Positions 12,150 through 24,509 of a stretch of 64,000 nucleotides of DNA are shown piece by piece. Source of the stretch: Lama guanicoe (lineage: Eukaryota); contig MU053379.1 in assembly GCA_013239625.1 (NCBI GenBank), positions 3,330,866-3,394,865 of the forward strand, read 5' to 3'. The position numbers were made by a program, and so were the translations under genes. Position 1 is the stretch's first letter; each line of letters opens with the position of its first letter. Below the pieces are notes generated by a model. That model was not told where the DNA came from. It ran no database searches and saw nothing but the letters and a program-made list of their open reading frames with translations.

Positions 12150-15100
12150 CAATTTAATAGCAACTTAATTTCAGTAGCATGCCAAAACCTCGATCCTATA
12201 TAGCTCCATTCCTTTTCTGCTCCTTTATGATATTATTGTAATACAAACTGTGTTTTTATATCTTATATGCTGCTCTACAACATAGATTTACAATTATTGC
12301 TTGATGAAGTTGTCTCTTGAATCATATAGGAGAAAAAAGAGTTACACACAAAAAAAGTATTTATAGCACAAATACAATGTAGTTACCCTTACTAGTGCTA
12401 TTTATTTCTTAATGTGGACTTGAATTACTGTGTAATGTCTTTTCATTTCAGCCTAAAGGACTTCTTGTCGTATTTCTTATAGGAAAGGTACAAGAGTGAC
12501 AAATTGTTTTTGTTTAGTGAGGAACATTTTATTTCTCCTTCATTCTTTTTAACTTTTTTTTTTAATTGAGTTAGAGTCAGTTTACAATGTTGTGTCAATT
12601 TCCGGTGTAGAGCAAAATTTTTCAGTCATTCATGAATATACATATATTCATTTTCACATTCTTTTTCACTGTGAGCTACCACAAGGTCTTGTATATATTT
12701 CCCTGTGCTATATAGTGTAAACTTGTTTATCTATTCTATATATACCTGTCAGTATCTTATAAATCTCGAACTCCCAGTCTATTCCTACCCACCCCCCTCC
12801 CCCCTGGCAACCACAAGTTTGTATTCTATGTCTCTGAGTCTGTTTCTGTTTTATATTTAAGTTAATTTGTCTTCTTTCTTTTTTTATTCCACTTATGAGT
12901 GATATCATGTGGTATTTTTCTTTCTCTTTCCGGCTGATTTCACTTAGAATGGTATTTTCCAGGGACATTCATGTTGCTGCAAATGGCATTATGTTGTCAT
13001 TTTTGTGGCTGAATAGTATTCCATTGTATAAATATACCACAGCTTCTTTATGCAGTAATCTGTTGATGGACATTTAGGTTGTTTCCATGTTTTGGCTATT
13101 GTAAATAGTGCTGCTATGAACATTGGGGTGCAGGTGTCTTTTTGAATTAGGGTTCCTGCTGGATATATGCCCAGGAGTGGGATTGCTGGGTCATATGGTA
13201 AGTCTATCCCTAGTCTTTTGAGGAATCTCCATACTGTTTTCCACAGTGGCTACACCAAACTGGATTAACTTTTTTTTTTAATTGAAGTGTATTTGAATTA
13301 CAGTGTTGTGTTTCTCCTTCATTGTTTGGTTTTTTTTTTTTGTTTTCTTGTTTTCTTAAATTACAGTGTTTCTCCTTCATTGTTTGGTTTTTTTTTTTTG
13401 TTTTCTTGTTTTCTTTAAATCTTCATTTTTGAAGGAAAGTCTTGATGGATATAGAATTCTTGATTGCCAGTCTTTTTCTTTCAGCATTTTGATTATGTTA
13501 TCCTACTGCTCCCTGGCCTCCATGGTTTCCGATGATAAGTCACCGCTTACTGAGGATCCGTTTTATGTGAGGCATCCCTTCTCTATGTTTGCTTTCAAGA
13601 TTCTCTTTTTCTGACTTCCAGCAGCTTGATGATGGTACATCTAGGTGAAGATCTCTGAGTTTGTTACACTTGGGCTTGTTGAGCTGCTTGGATGTGTAAA
13701 TTAATGTTTCTCATCAAGTTTGGGAGCTTGATGATGTCCCACCAGTCTCTGAGGTTCTGTTCACTTTCCTCCACTCTTTTTCTTTCTTTTCCTCAATCTG
13801 GAGACTCTGAATTGACCTATATTCAGGTATGTTGATTCTTTCTTCTCTGCCAAGCCCCTCTACTGAATTTTCATTCTGCTGATTGTACTTTTCAACTGGA
13901 GAATTTCTATTTGTTTCTGTTTTTTAAATAATTTCTATCTCTTTATTGATCATCTCTGTTTGGATATATTTCTCCTACTTTCCCTTAGTTCTTTAGACAT
14001 GATTTCCTTTAGTTCTTTGAACGTATCTAAACTAGCTGACTTAAAGCCTTTGTCTAGTAAGTTCAACGTCTGCCCGTCCTCAGGGATGGTCTCTCTTGAC
14101 TGCCTTTCCCCCACTCTGTATGGATCGTGCCCTCTTGTTTCTTTTAATGACTCGTCACTTTCTGTTAACATTTGGACATTTTAAATAATAAAAATATGGC
14201 CACTCTGAACATCATTTTCTACCCCCGCCCAGAGTTTACTGTTTTTGTGTGTTTGTTTAGTGACTTTCTGAATTAATTATGTAAAGTCTGTATTCTTTGT
14301 GATATGTGGTCACTGAGGTTCTGTTCAGTTAGCTTAGATACCAGCCAATGATTAGACAGAGCTTTCTTTAAATGCCTGAAACCAGTAAGTCTCACAGTCC
14401 TTGCCAAGGGGCTTTGGGTGTATTTTGGGGCACACCTTCAACACTCATCCGGGCAGTTTACAGCTCCACCTTAGCCATCACATGAGTGCCAGTGCAAGCT
14501 TCAGGGTAAGCCTGAGGTGAGAGCCTAGGCCCTTCTCAGGACTTCTCCTGAGCTGCCTGTAGTCTAGATTTCCAGTAGTATGTTGGAGCTTTCCAGAGCC
14601 CCCTGTGGACATCTCGTTCACCAGCTTTTCCTTTTACGTTATTTCAGTTACCCTGTTGTTTGCCCAACTGTTACCCACTGCCTGAGGCAGCCTCAATATT
14701 AAACAATTGCTTCTGATTATTTTTAATAACTGCCCCTAGGGGAAAGGCTGTCTGCATGATGTCCGCTCTAAGTCAGGTCAGATAAACACAGTCTTGTGAG
14801 GGTGGTCTTGCGGAAACTCACTAGACAGGTCAAATCACGACAGCTCTCTGGCAGTGGGCTTTGAAGGGGTTCCGATCCTTCTTTGCTCCCTTTCAGTGTC
14901 TATAAGGCTGCTGATTTCCAAGGTTACTCTAGATCTGAGGAGGGGTAAGTGGTAATAGGGCAAATTAAAACATGTGAGGTGCACTGTTCTTACCACTATT
15001 CAGATGTTTTTCTTGAATCAATGCTCCGCAGATTGCTGCAAGCTTTTGGTTAATTTCCAGAGTTTGAAAAGGTATTCTCAAGATGTTTTCCAGTGTTACT

Positions 15101-15160
15101 GTTTCTTTTACAGAGCAGAGGACGTTGAGAGGTCCTTGTTCTACTCTTTCTCTGACATAC
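12150..15160 (-). mobile_element. Old LINE-1 (L1M) 5'UTR/ORF1/inter-ORF portion, interrupted by younger inserts
   Basis: Minus ORF 13950..14171 (QTLNLLDKGFKSASLDTFKELKEIMSKELRE) is L1 ORF1-like; typical L1M text atttctccttcatt...ttgaagga...ggatatagaattcttg. Confidence 0.75.
12554..13264 (-). mobile_element. Young lineage-specific (camelid/cetartiodactyl) L1 3' end with target-site duplication
   Basis: T-tract then aattgagttagagtcagtttacaatgttgtgtcaatttcc...; ORF2 C-terminus SLENTILSEISRKEKEKYHMISLISGI; TTAAC(T)10 at both 12549-12563 and 13265-13279. Confidence 0.9.
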
Positions 15161-16245
15161 CTTTTCAGTTGTTTTAGCTTCAACGTTGTTTGTTTTATCT
15201 TTGGAAATATGAGAGAGAGTATGTTTGAAGAGAAGTGAGTCCTGGCGTCTGTCTCAACCATGTGAATGGCATGTTCTCTCTGAAAACACTGGCCTCAGTT
15301 TTTCCATCTGCAGAGGAGGTGTGCAAATGCATCTCTCCATCTCTTCTCCCGTCCTCTGTGGATTAAATGTGTTATGTATTTGGAGAAGCTTTGATCCCTT
15401 TGGAGGAAAAGCAGTTAACTTCTCTAAGGCTGCAGGACTGTTACTTCCCAGTCTGCTTCCCATTGTGTGCCCCGGATTGGGCCACTGAACCGACTGCTCT
15501 GTTCCTCTCCGCACTCCGCCCCACCTCTTTCTAAGGAAGGGACAGTGCTCATTCTCTCCGTAGACATGCCAGTAAATTTAAATTGCTTTAAATGTCTTTA
15601 AAATTTCTTCAAGTAGTTCAGGAAAAATTGCAGTTGTTATTTGCAGTTTGATAGGAAATTATGGTTATTTTGCACACATGCAGTATATTTTAATTCAATC
15701 ATAAATATGTGGTTATTAGAAGTTTTTTTTTATTACACACAATACTAGAAATAGAGTTTTGAAAGCCCCAGTAGTCCTTTACATGCTACCCCTTTTCTTG
15801 GTGTCAAGTACCTCCCTAGCTCCATCAACCCAAGCTTCTCTGTGGAAAGTGGTTAGAACTCACAACTTACTTTTTCAGTTGTGCTCAAATATACTGAACA
15901 TAAAATTTACCATTTAAACCAAGCTGAAGTGCACAGTCCAGTGGCATTAAGTACATGCACGTGCTTTGCAATGTAATGTACGTATCTCTTTTTGAAAAAT
16001 ACAGATTCCACAGTTCCTAGACAATGTTTGCCTTGTGAGCCAACATCGTTATCACAGGTAAACAGTGTGGACTATGCTGTTTTGGTCATTCATTTTGCAG
16101 GAAGCCATGAGCTTTGTAAAATGTGGGAGGTGTTGATTTCATAGGTCAGGCTGCCTTTACCTCATTTCATTTCTGAAAACAACTTAAATAACCCAGTTGT
16201 TCATACACAGTATGTTTAACTTGCATCTCTTTTTTGGTGCTGCAG

Positions 16246-16891
16246 GTTGTAATGCCGGCTGAAATTAACAGCCAGACAGCCGTGTCAAGAGGATTGTATC
16301 AGCCAGCAACAACCTTTATGGGCCGCCACCTGTCAGCCGTCTCGAGCATGGGAGATTTCAGTATGGAGCAGAAAACCCCCCAGCCCACAAAGAACTTTTC
16401 AATCCCTGACCCACGTTCACACCGGCAGACAGCCCAGAGCAGAAATGTGACAGGCAGCTGTGTAGTACAAACTAATAGTGACACGCGGTGCTTAAGTAAG
16501 TCTGACAAAACAGATGGAAAGACATGTCTTCAGATGGGTGAGAAAACGCCAGTCACAGCTGGCGCATGGTCCGAGGAGGAACAGACTCATTGCTTGGAGA
16601 CGGAAGGCAGCACGCGTCAGGGCAGGAGTAATTTATCTGAAGGCCAGAAGTCTGTTGAACTCCATTCCCCGTTACGGGGGAGATTAAGTCCAGAGAACAG
16701 AGCCAGTGACTTAAAGGGTGACAGTTCCAGCAGATCCGAGGGATCCGAGGGAGCAATTCTGACATGGGAACATAATGAAGTCGAGGAAGACAGAGCCGGA
16801 CTGCCAGTCCCTCCGGCATCAGCCTCAGAATACGGCACATCTGAAAACAAGTGTCCTCCAGAGAGGCCGTCTGCCCGGGCAGCTTCCTCAG
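16246..16891 (+). CDS. KIZ: KIZ large coding exon (about human exon 5), 646 nt, phase 0/1
   Basis: Inside ORF 16234..16938. tttttggtgctgcAG acceptor, CAG|GTGGGG donor. Encodes SRGLYQPATTFMGR...PQPTKNFSIPDP...RLSPENR, recognisably kizuna. Confidence 0.96.
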
Positions 16892-17267
16892 GTGGGGCGA
16901 GAGGCTGCGATTGTCTGCTGATTTTTGTGGGTATTTAGTTTCTCTGGGCGGTGGTGGTCTTAGGTAAGAATACAAATACTGTCTAATTTTATCTTTGTCG
17001 AAAAACAAAGTTACTTTGCCAACAAATTCCATTCTGATGAGTTCTTAAATACACATGTGGAAATACTTTTGCAAGTAAGTTCTCTGATTTTTTAAACCCA
17101 CTGTGATTTTTTAAAAATTTTTCATAAGTTTTAAAATACTGCAAATAGCTGTGGATTGTTTCTGCACATTTCTCATGGATGAGGAATTCTTCTCTGTGAG
17201 GTAGAACATCTTACCCACTTCTCCCTGAAGTTCATGATCAGTAATCTGTTTATATCCCCTGTGACAG

Positions 17268-17583
17268 ATCATCTTCCTCGTGGGGACCCAGAGTCACAGA
17301 AGCCTTTCAGGAAAATGCAGGAAGAGGAGGCAGAGGAAAGTTCGATCAGCAGTAGTGACCTCACAGTGTCTGTAAGTGAAGATGATCTGATTTTAAAGAG
17401 CCCAGAACCACAGCCAAATCCAAGTGACAACGTGGAGGGAGAAGACGGAACCGAGGCCTTAAATTTAATCCTCGCTGGGCCAGAAGGAGATGCCCCACTC
17501 ACAGGGAAACATCATTGTATTTTGCAAACCCTGAGCTCTCCTGATTCAAAAAAGGAATCTTCCGCTAACTCACCAACAAGAGA
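17268..17583 (+). CDS. KIZ: KIZ coding exon (about human exon 6), 316 nt, phase 1/2; contains the PLK1 phosphosite motif DLTV
   Basis: cctgtgacAG acceptor, AGA|GTAAGC donor. (D)HLPRGDPESQKPFRKMQEEE...SSDLTVSVSEDDLIL...NSPTR(E) matches kizuna. Upstream G + AT gives Asp in frame. Confidence 0.95.
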
Positions 17584-19523
17584 GTAAGCCGCTCGGTTTT
17601 GGTTTTTTTTACTGTTCTGTTTTTAATTATAGGCATTTTCAGAGACCATTTCATGGGGAATATATTATGGAACACTCAGCCATGAAGGTTTAAGCTCCGT
17701 AAGTCTCACAAATAGTCTTCTAGATAAGGGGTAATTTTCTTTCTTTTCTTTTTTTTTCCTTTTTTTTTAATGAAATAGCTTTGAGAGTCTGAATATCATT
17801 GAAATCATGGTCCTTGGCAGTTAATAATTGTATCTAAACAATCCATGGTTAATTCATAAGTCATTCTCCCACCCCATACCTGCCATCCTTTGAGAAAGTA
17901 CATCATTTTGGAGTTGTTCTAACACAAGCGACAAACACTTAAACTTGCTAGGAAGTCAGCTTTAGAGACTAAGAACTTTGTGTCTAATTGATTTGCGTAA
18001 TCCTTATATCTCTTGCCATAGTGTTATTTTTGTCATATGATTAAATATGAGTTAATAAGGTTTTCTAAGCCAGTTTTCCTTTTCTGAATGTAAAAATGAG
18101 GACATTGCAATTTTTAAGGTTAAATAGGAACATTAGTATTATATATCTTGAGTACTTATAATATCCAACTCATAAAAGCTCATATATGATGGTTTTTACT
18201 AGTAATTGGAGATACTTGGAATTACAGAAGATGTAGAAACTGTTGAGAACCAATCCTACAATAAAAGTAACACTAATGGCGTCAGTTCTCTTAAGGGTGG
18301 AAGGAACCCAAGTCAACAGCCTGAGGTGGGGCTTGCCTTTCACAATGAGGAAGCCAAGCCCAGGGGCACAGGAGCGACACACAGGCCTGGGGCTGGCCCC
18401 CCGGGATGTCGGTGCACTGTGAGGCTGTCGCCCTTTACCCTTTCTTCCCAGCAGCCCCAGCAGCAGTGAGAAGGTGGTGGGCGTCCTTGCGTGGGGGTGT
18501 GTTCTCTTCAAAGCACCACTGTCCCTGTTCATATGTTGCCTCTTAACCGCTCATTATCTCCTTACGGTGAGAAGTTTGATTCATAGTCTGACTGACTGCA
18601 AACTGATGTTTAAGAAATGCTGACTAAGAGCATCCAGGTACAAAGTGCTTGCGCTGTGGACGGAAGAACCAGCATGGCTCCTGCCCTTGGGAGGCTGGCT
18701 TCATTGCAGAGGCAAACCAAGTGCCTTTTCCTAGTAACAGCACGTCTGTCTCATCACAGAGGTGTGGGTGCTATGGACATCATCAGACACTTTATTACTA
18801 GAGAGAGAGCGCTTCTACTGTAGGCTGGTATTTGCAGGCTGCTTTTTACAGCAGCTCACTGGGCAAGTTAGTCCTTCGGTAGGCTAACTGGAGGACTAGT
18901 GAACCTCCCAGGGCTCAGTCTCTGTCTGCCATGAAACAAGTTGAGTATGTGTGTAGAATTACGAATGTTCTATTTCCTGTTGTCCTGTATGAATGACTTT
19001 TTCCTCTGACTTAAAACCGAGCTCCTTGAAATTTTGGGATCTGGTTTTCCAGATTTGTTGGAAAGTGGAGGTACTTGGGGAATTTTTGAGTGTTTATCTT
19101 AATAAAATACCTCCAGAATGAAAGGTCAGTCAGCAGTGGTTGTTTTCTGTGTCTGTGTCACCCAGCTTGAGCCTGTGGGCTTTGTGTGGTGAAGGTCCTC
19201 CCCACGAGGTGGTGGAAGGTGGTTCTGAGTGATGCTGGTTGACCTGCCAGCGTCCTCTTATTTCCTCCTCAGCATGGGCCCTTCTCCTTTGCTCTGACGG
19301 GTCATTCTTAACCTGAGGCTGTGGCATCCTACTTACCAAGTACCACTGTGACCTCAAAGGTCCCTATCTCAGTTTACTTGAGGATCTGGAGGGGGCCTGG
19401 AGAAAAGTTCCTCAAATGAATTTTAGTTAACAGAGGTGAAGAGGTGGGACAAAGGAAGACACACGGAAAGATGTGACCAGGAAACTGGAAGCTCCAATTT
19501 GATGGCAGCGATGATGGTCGCTT

Positions 19524-19825
19524 CAGGCACACCTCGAGATGTTCTAGATCAGTTCCAGGGCCCCACGATAAAACGAGTATTGCAGGAAAGCAAGTCACAC
19601 TGGTATTTTGGTTTCCCGGTGTGCGTAAAAGCTGCGTTTTACACTATGCTGTCGGCTGTTAAGTGTACAGTAGCCCTATGTCTAAAAAACAGACATACCT
19701 TAATTTAAAAATATCCTATTGCTAAAAAATGCTAACCATTATTTGAAAATGCAGGGTTACCACAAACCTTCAATTTGTAAAAAAAACGTAGTATCTGCAA
19801 AGCTCAATAAAGCAAGGCCTGCCCA
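19524..19825. mobile_element. Internally deleted Tigger1 DNA transposon (Tigger1a-like MITE)
   Basis: Both termini present: caggcacacctcgagat...gtcacac...ttttggtttccc...taccttaatttaaaaata...attgctaaaaaatgcta joined to cagggttaccacaaaccttcaatttgtaaaaaa...tatctgcaaagctcaataaagc; no transposase. Confidence 0.85.
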
Positions 19826-20224
19826 ATATTATGTCTGGTGCCGCTGAGTGGTGGCAAAGGGTCAGGAAAGGTTTTATACAGGTGACGATGCAGCATCTTG
19901 AAGGCTGTACAGGCTTTGAATAAGCAGGAGGAAGGAGTGGGGTAAATTGGGTCTGAAGGAAGAGTATGACCAGGAGTGCAGGTACGGAGAACACAAGGAG
20001 CAGGGCCGGCAGGGTGTGACTAACAGCGCACTCGGCAGGCGTTGTTATAGCAGAGGGCTGACGTGTTGCCTGGCACCTGGTTGAGAAAGGCCCTGAATAT
20101 CCAGCTGATTTATTTAGGTTCATCTCTGGGTTTCACAGAACGTTGAAGGCTCTTTTGAGAGAAGAGTAGCATGGTGAGTAACTTGACTCAGGAGAAGTAA
20201 TCGGACATCCATTAGTTTCATCAG

Positions 20225-20819
20225 GTAGACGCAGACGGAATTCTGAGATGGCCCCTGAGATCCCTGCCCCCTGGCGTACCCCTGTGTAGCCCCCTGGCCT
20301 CCAGCGCCCGCGGGACTGTGAGTTGGTGGAGCTCCCCCGCATGGCAGGCTGTTGTATGACAGGTTTAGAATTTTGCAGAAACAATGAAAGTCTCAGATCA
20401 ATTGATTTTGAGCTAATCAAGAGGAATTATCTAGAGTGGGCCTGATGTAAACAGATCAGGCTTTGGAAAGGACTGGGCTCTTACAGAAGTCAGAGAGATT
20501 CAAGGCCGCTGAGATATTCTCCTGTTTACCTTGAAGACACGAGCTGCCATCCTGTGAAGGTGGGTGGTGGGAAATGGTGTGCGGCGTCTGGGAGCCGAGG
20601 GCCTCAAGCCTTCAGTCACAAGGACCTGAACACTGCCAATACCAGTGAACCTGGAAGCAGACCCTGAGCCATAGATGAGATTGTGCCCCAGCCAACACCT
20701 CAATTTCAGCCTAGTGACACTGAGCAGAGAACCCCGCTAACCTAGACCCAGACCCGGCACTGTGAGATAAATTTGTGTTACGTCCTTAATTTATGAGGCA
20801 GCAGTAGAAAATTAATACA
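20225..20819 (+). mobile_element. MLT1E/F-like MaLR solo LTR
   Basis: gaattctgagatggcccc...gattttgagctaatcaagagg...gccaacacctcaatttcagcc...gcagcagtagaaaattaataca terminus. Confidence 0.8.
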
Positions 20820-22094
20820 GTTGACAAATTGGAATCAAAGATTGTAACTTTGCAATGGGTAGAAGTCACTCCGCGTAGTGACCTAAAACGGCTGGATCAG
20901 ACGTGTTCTCGTGACGACAGGGTGGCGGAGTGAGCAGCCCAGCAGCCAGTAACCTGCGCTCGTCCTTCCCTGTACCCTCACCATCTGAGCAGGTGTGTTT
21001 CACACAGGGCCACGTGCGGGTGAGCAGGGGTGGAACCTGGGAGACTGGCAGGGACCTGGAAAGGTGGGTGTGCACGTCTGCATTAACCAACAAGCGGGTT
21101 CTCTTGCACATGTTACTGCTCTGGTTCTTTCTCTAGTGAATGAGCAATGTATTGAGACTTTGTTTTGTGTTGTGTGTTTACGGATACATGATGTCCGATA
21201 TCCATCCACCTTTGCAGTGTCACACAGAAAAGTTTCCCTGCACCGTCCACTCATCTCTCTTTCCTTCTCATCACCCAAACCCCTGGTAACAGGGATTTTT
21301 TATTGCCTCTGTAGTTTTACCTTTTCCAAAATGTCATATATTTGGAATCATACTATATGTGACCTTTTCAGATTGGCTTCCTTCACTAAGCAAAATGCAT
21401 TTTAGATTCCTTCCTGTCTTTTCATGGCTCAATATCTCATTTCTTTTCAGTGCTGAATAATATTTCATTATCTGGATGTACCACGGTTTACTTATGCATT
21501 CACCTACTGAAAGACCATCTTTGTGGCTTCCATGTTTTGGCAATGATGAATAAAGCTGCTGTAGACTGTGTGCAGGTTTTTGGGTGGACATAAGGTTTCA
21601 GCTCGTTTGGGACAATATCAAGGAGTGCAGTTGCTGGATTGTACGTGAGACTGCGTTTAACTTTGTAGGTAACCAACAAACTGCTTCCAGTGTCTTTGCC
21701 ATTTTTATCCTCATGAGCAGTGAATAAGAGTTCCTGTGGTTGTCCATCCTTGTCAGAATTTGGTGTTGTCAGTTTTCTTGATTTTAGCCATCCTAATAGA
21801 TACGTAGTGGTATCTCATTGTTTTAATTTGCAATTTCCCTGATGACGTATGATGTTGAGCATCTTTTTATGTACTTATTTACCATTTGTATATCTTTGGT
21901 GAAATGTTTGTTCAGATCTGCCTGTTTTTTAGTTGGGGTGTTCATTTTTTTTATTGTTGAGATTTAAGTCTCTTTGTATATTTTGGATACAAGTCCTTTA
22001 TCGCGGAGAGAATGTGTTTTACAGATATTTTCTTTCAGTTTGTGGCTAGTCTCTCTATTCTCTTAACAGTGTCTTTTTGAGAAGAGAAGGTTTT

Positions 22095-22220
22095 GTGTTT
22101 TTGTTTTGTTTTGTTCTGTTTTTTCAAGCCATTAGGAGTGGCCAGCCCTCAGTGTGTGCCGTCCCATCACTACTGCTGAATTGAGCCACTCGAGGCACCC
22201 ACCACCATCTTGAGAGCCCC
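22095..22220 (-). mobile_element. Short retroposon (about 95-nt body plus decayed A tail), probably an old cetartiodactyl SINE
   Basis: 10-bp direct repeat AGAAGGTTTT at 22085-22094 and 22221-22230, T-rich tail on the left, non-L1 GC-richer body interrupting the L1. Confidence 0.75.
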
Positions 22221-24150
22221 AGAAGGTTTTTATTTTAATAAAGACCAACTTATCAATTTTGTTCTTTCATTGTGTTTTTGGTATTATATCTAAAAATCAT
22301 CGCCAAACCCAAGATCACCCAAATTCCCTCCTATGTTATCTTCTAGAAATATTATAGTTTTGCATTTTTACATTTAGATCTGTGATCCATTTTGAGTTAA
22401 TTTTTGTGAAAAGCATAGGGTCAGTGTCTAGACTCATTTTTTCTGTGGGGGTATCTGTTCCAGTACCACCTGTTGAAAAGACTATCCTCTTTCCACTGAA
22501 TTCTCTCTCCTCCTTCATAAAAGAACAGTTGGCTATATTTGTGTCAGTCTATTTCTGGTCTCTGTTGTGTTCCATTGATCTATTTGTTTCTTCACCAGTA
22601 CTGCACTGTCTTGAGTATAGTTGCTTTATAGTAAATCTTGAAGTCTTGTAGTATTCAGGCCTCAGACTGCATTTTTCTTTAGTGCTGTGTTGGCTCCTCT
22701 GAGGTTTTTACTTTTCCCTATAAACTTAGAATCAGTTTGTCAATATCCAAAAATAAATAAATAAATAACTTGTTGGAATTTTGACCGAATTGTGTTGTGT
22801 CCATAGATGAAGTTGGGAAGCACTGACATCTCAACAGTGTTGAATCTTCCTGTGCATGAGCTTGGAATCTCTCTTCATTAGTTAGATCTTCTTTGATTTC
22901 TTTCATCAGTTTTGTAGTTTTCTCCATGTAGTTCTTGTACATATATTGTTAGACTTTTTCTTAAATACTTCTCTTTTTGGTGCTAATGTAAATGGTATTG
23001 TTTTTTTAATTTCGAATTCTAATTGTTCATTGCTGCTATATAGGAAAGCAATTGGCTTTTGTATATTAACTTTATATCCTGCAGTACTGCTATAATCACT
23101 CATTAGCTCCAGGGTTTGGGGTTTTTTTTTTTTTTTTTGGTCAATTCTTTGGAATTTTCAGCATAGAAAAGCATGTCATATTTGATTGAAGATAATTTTA
23201 TTTCTTCTCAACCTACATGTCTTTTATTTCCTTTTCTTATTTTGTTAGTTAGGATTTCTAGGACAGTGTTGAAGAGGAATGGTGAGAGGAGTGGTGAGAG
23301 GGGACATCCTTGCCTTGTTCTTGCTCTTGTTGGGAAAGAATCTTGTTCTTCCCCATTAAGTATGATGTTAGCTGTAGGCTTTTGTAGGTGTTCTTTATCA
23401 AGTTGAGGAAGTTCTCTTTGATTCCTGGGATCCTGAGTTTTTATCATGAATGAGTGTTGACTTTTTTATATGCTTTTTCTGTACCTAATGATAAGATCAT
23501 CTGATTTTTCTTCTTTAGCCTTTTAATGTGATAGATTACATTCATTGATTTTCAAATGTTGAATCAGTCTTCTGTACCTAGGATAAAGCTCATTTGGTCA
23601 TGGTGTATAATGTTTTATACATTGTTAGATTCAGTTTGCTAGTATTTTGTGGAGGACTTTTGCGTCTATGTTCATGAGAGATACTGATCTGTAGTTTTCC
23701 TTTCTTGTAATGTCTTTATCTGTTTTTAGTATAAAGGTAATGCTAGCCTTACAAAGTGAGTTAGGGGGAAAAATGAGTTAGGAAGTATTCCCTCTGCTTC
23801 TAGCCTCTGAAAGAGATTGTAGAGAATTGGTATAATTTCTTCTTTACATGTTTGGTACAATTCACCAGTGAACCCATCTGGACCTGGTGCTTTCTGTTTT
23901 GGAAAATTATTATTGATTCAATTTCTTTAAGTTAAATGGTTCTCCTGATATTATCTGTATCTCTTTCTGTGATATTTGGTAGATTGTATACTTCAAAAAA
24001 TTGGTCCATTTCATCTAAGTTATCAAATTTGTGAGCATAGAGTTTTTACTATTCCTTTATTATCCTTTTAATGTCTGTAGGATCAGTAATGGTGGCCTCA
24101 TTATTTCTGACATCTGTGTCTTCTCTCTTTTTTTTCCTTGGTTAGCCTGG

Positions 24151-24509
24151 TGTTATGGAATGTTTCTGTTCCCAAATTTATATGTTGAAGCCCCGGTGCC
24201 CAAGTGACTGTACCTATAGACAGAGCCTGTGAAGAGGTGATCAAGGTTGAATGAGGTCAGAAGGGTAAGGCCCTGATCCTACAGGGCTAGTGGAGCCGTT
24301 ATAAGAAGAGGAAGAGACACCAGAGCTCTTCTTTCTCTGCCATGTGAGGACACAGAAGGTGGCCAATGTACAAGTTTCATCAGGAACCAAATCAGTCAGG
24401 ACCTTGACTTTGGGCTTCCCTGCCTCCAGAGTTACGAAAAATAAATTCCTGTTGTTGAAGTAACCCAGTTTGTGCTATTTTATTATGGCAGCCTGAGCAG
24501 ACTGATACG
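24151..24509 (+). mobile_element. MLT1A-like solo LTR with 5-bp TSD, inserted in L1
   Basis: Begins tgttatggaatg...tatgttgaagccc, ends atggcagcctgagcagactgatacg; CCTGG at 24146-24150 and 24510-24514. Confidence 0.9.

Noticed and set aside
14300..15160. L1 5'UTR acting as an alternative promoter for the large KIZ exon
   Set aside because: Old, CpG-depleted element; nothing in the sequence indicates retained activity.
16892..16938. Tail of the 234-aa ORF (GARGCDCLLIFVGI*) as a real C-terminus
   Set aside because: Lies past the CAG|GTGGGG donor; similarity to KIZ resumes in the next exon.
16553..17032. 159-aa minus-strand ORF
   Set aside because: Antisense shadow of the large KIZ exon, with no independent support.
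18179..18469. Possible further KIZ exon (YDGFY**LEILGITEDVE...)
   Set aside because: Tandem stops, poor polypyrimidine tract, and no similarity I can defend.
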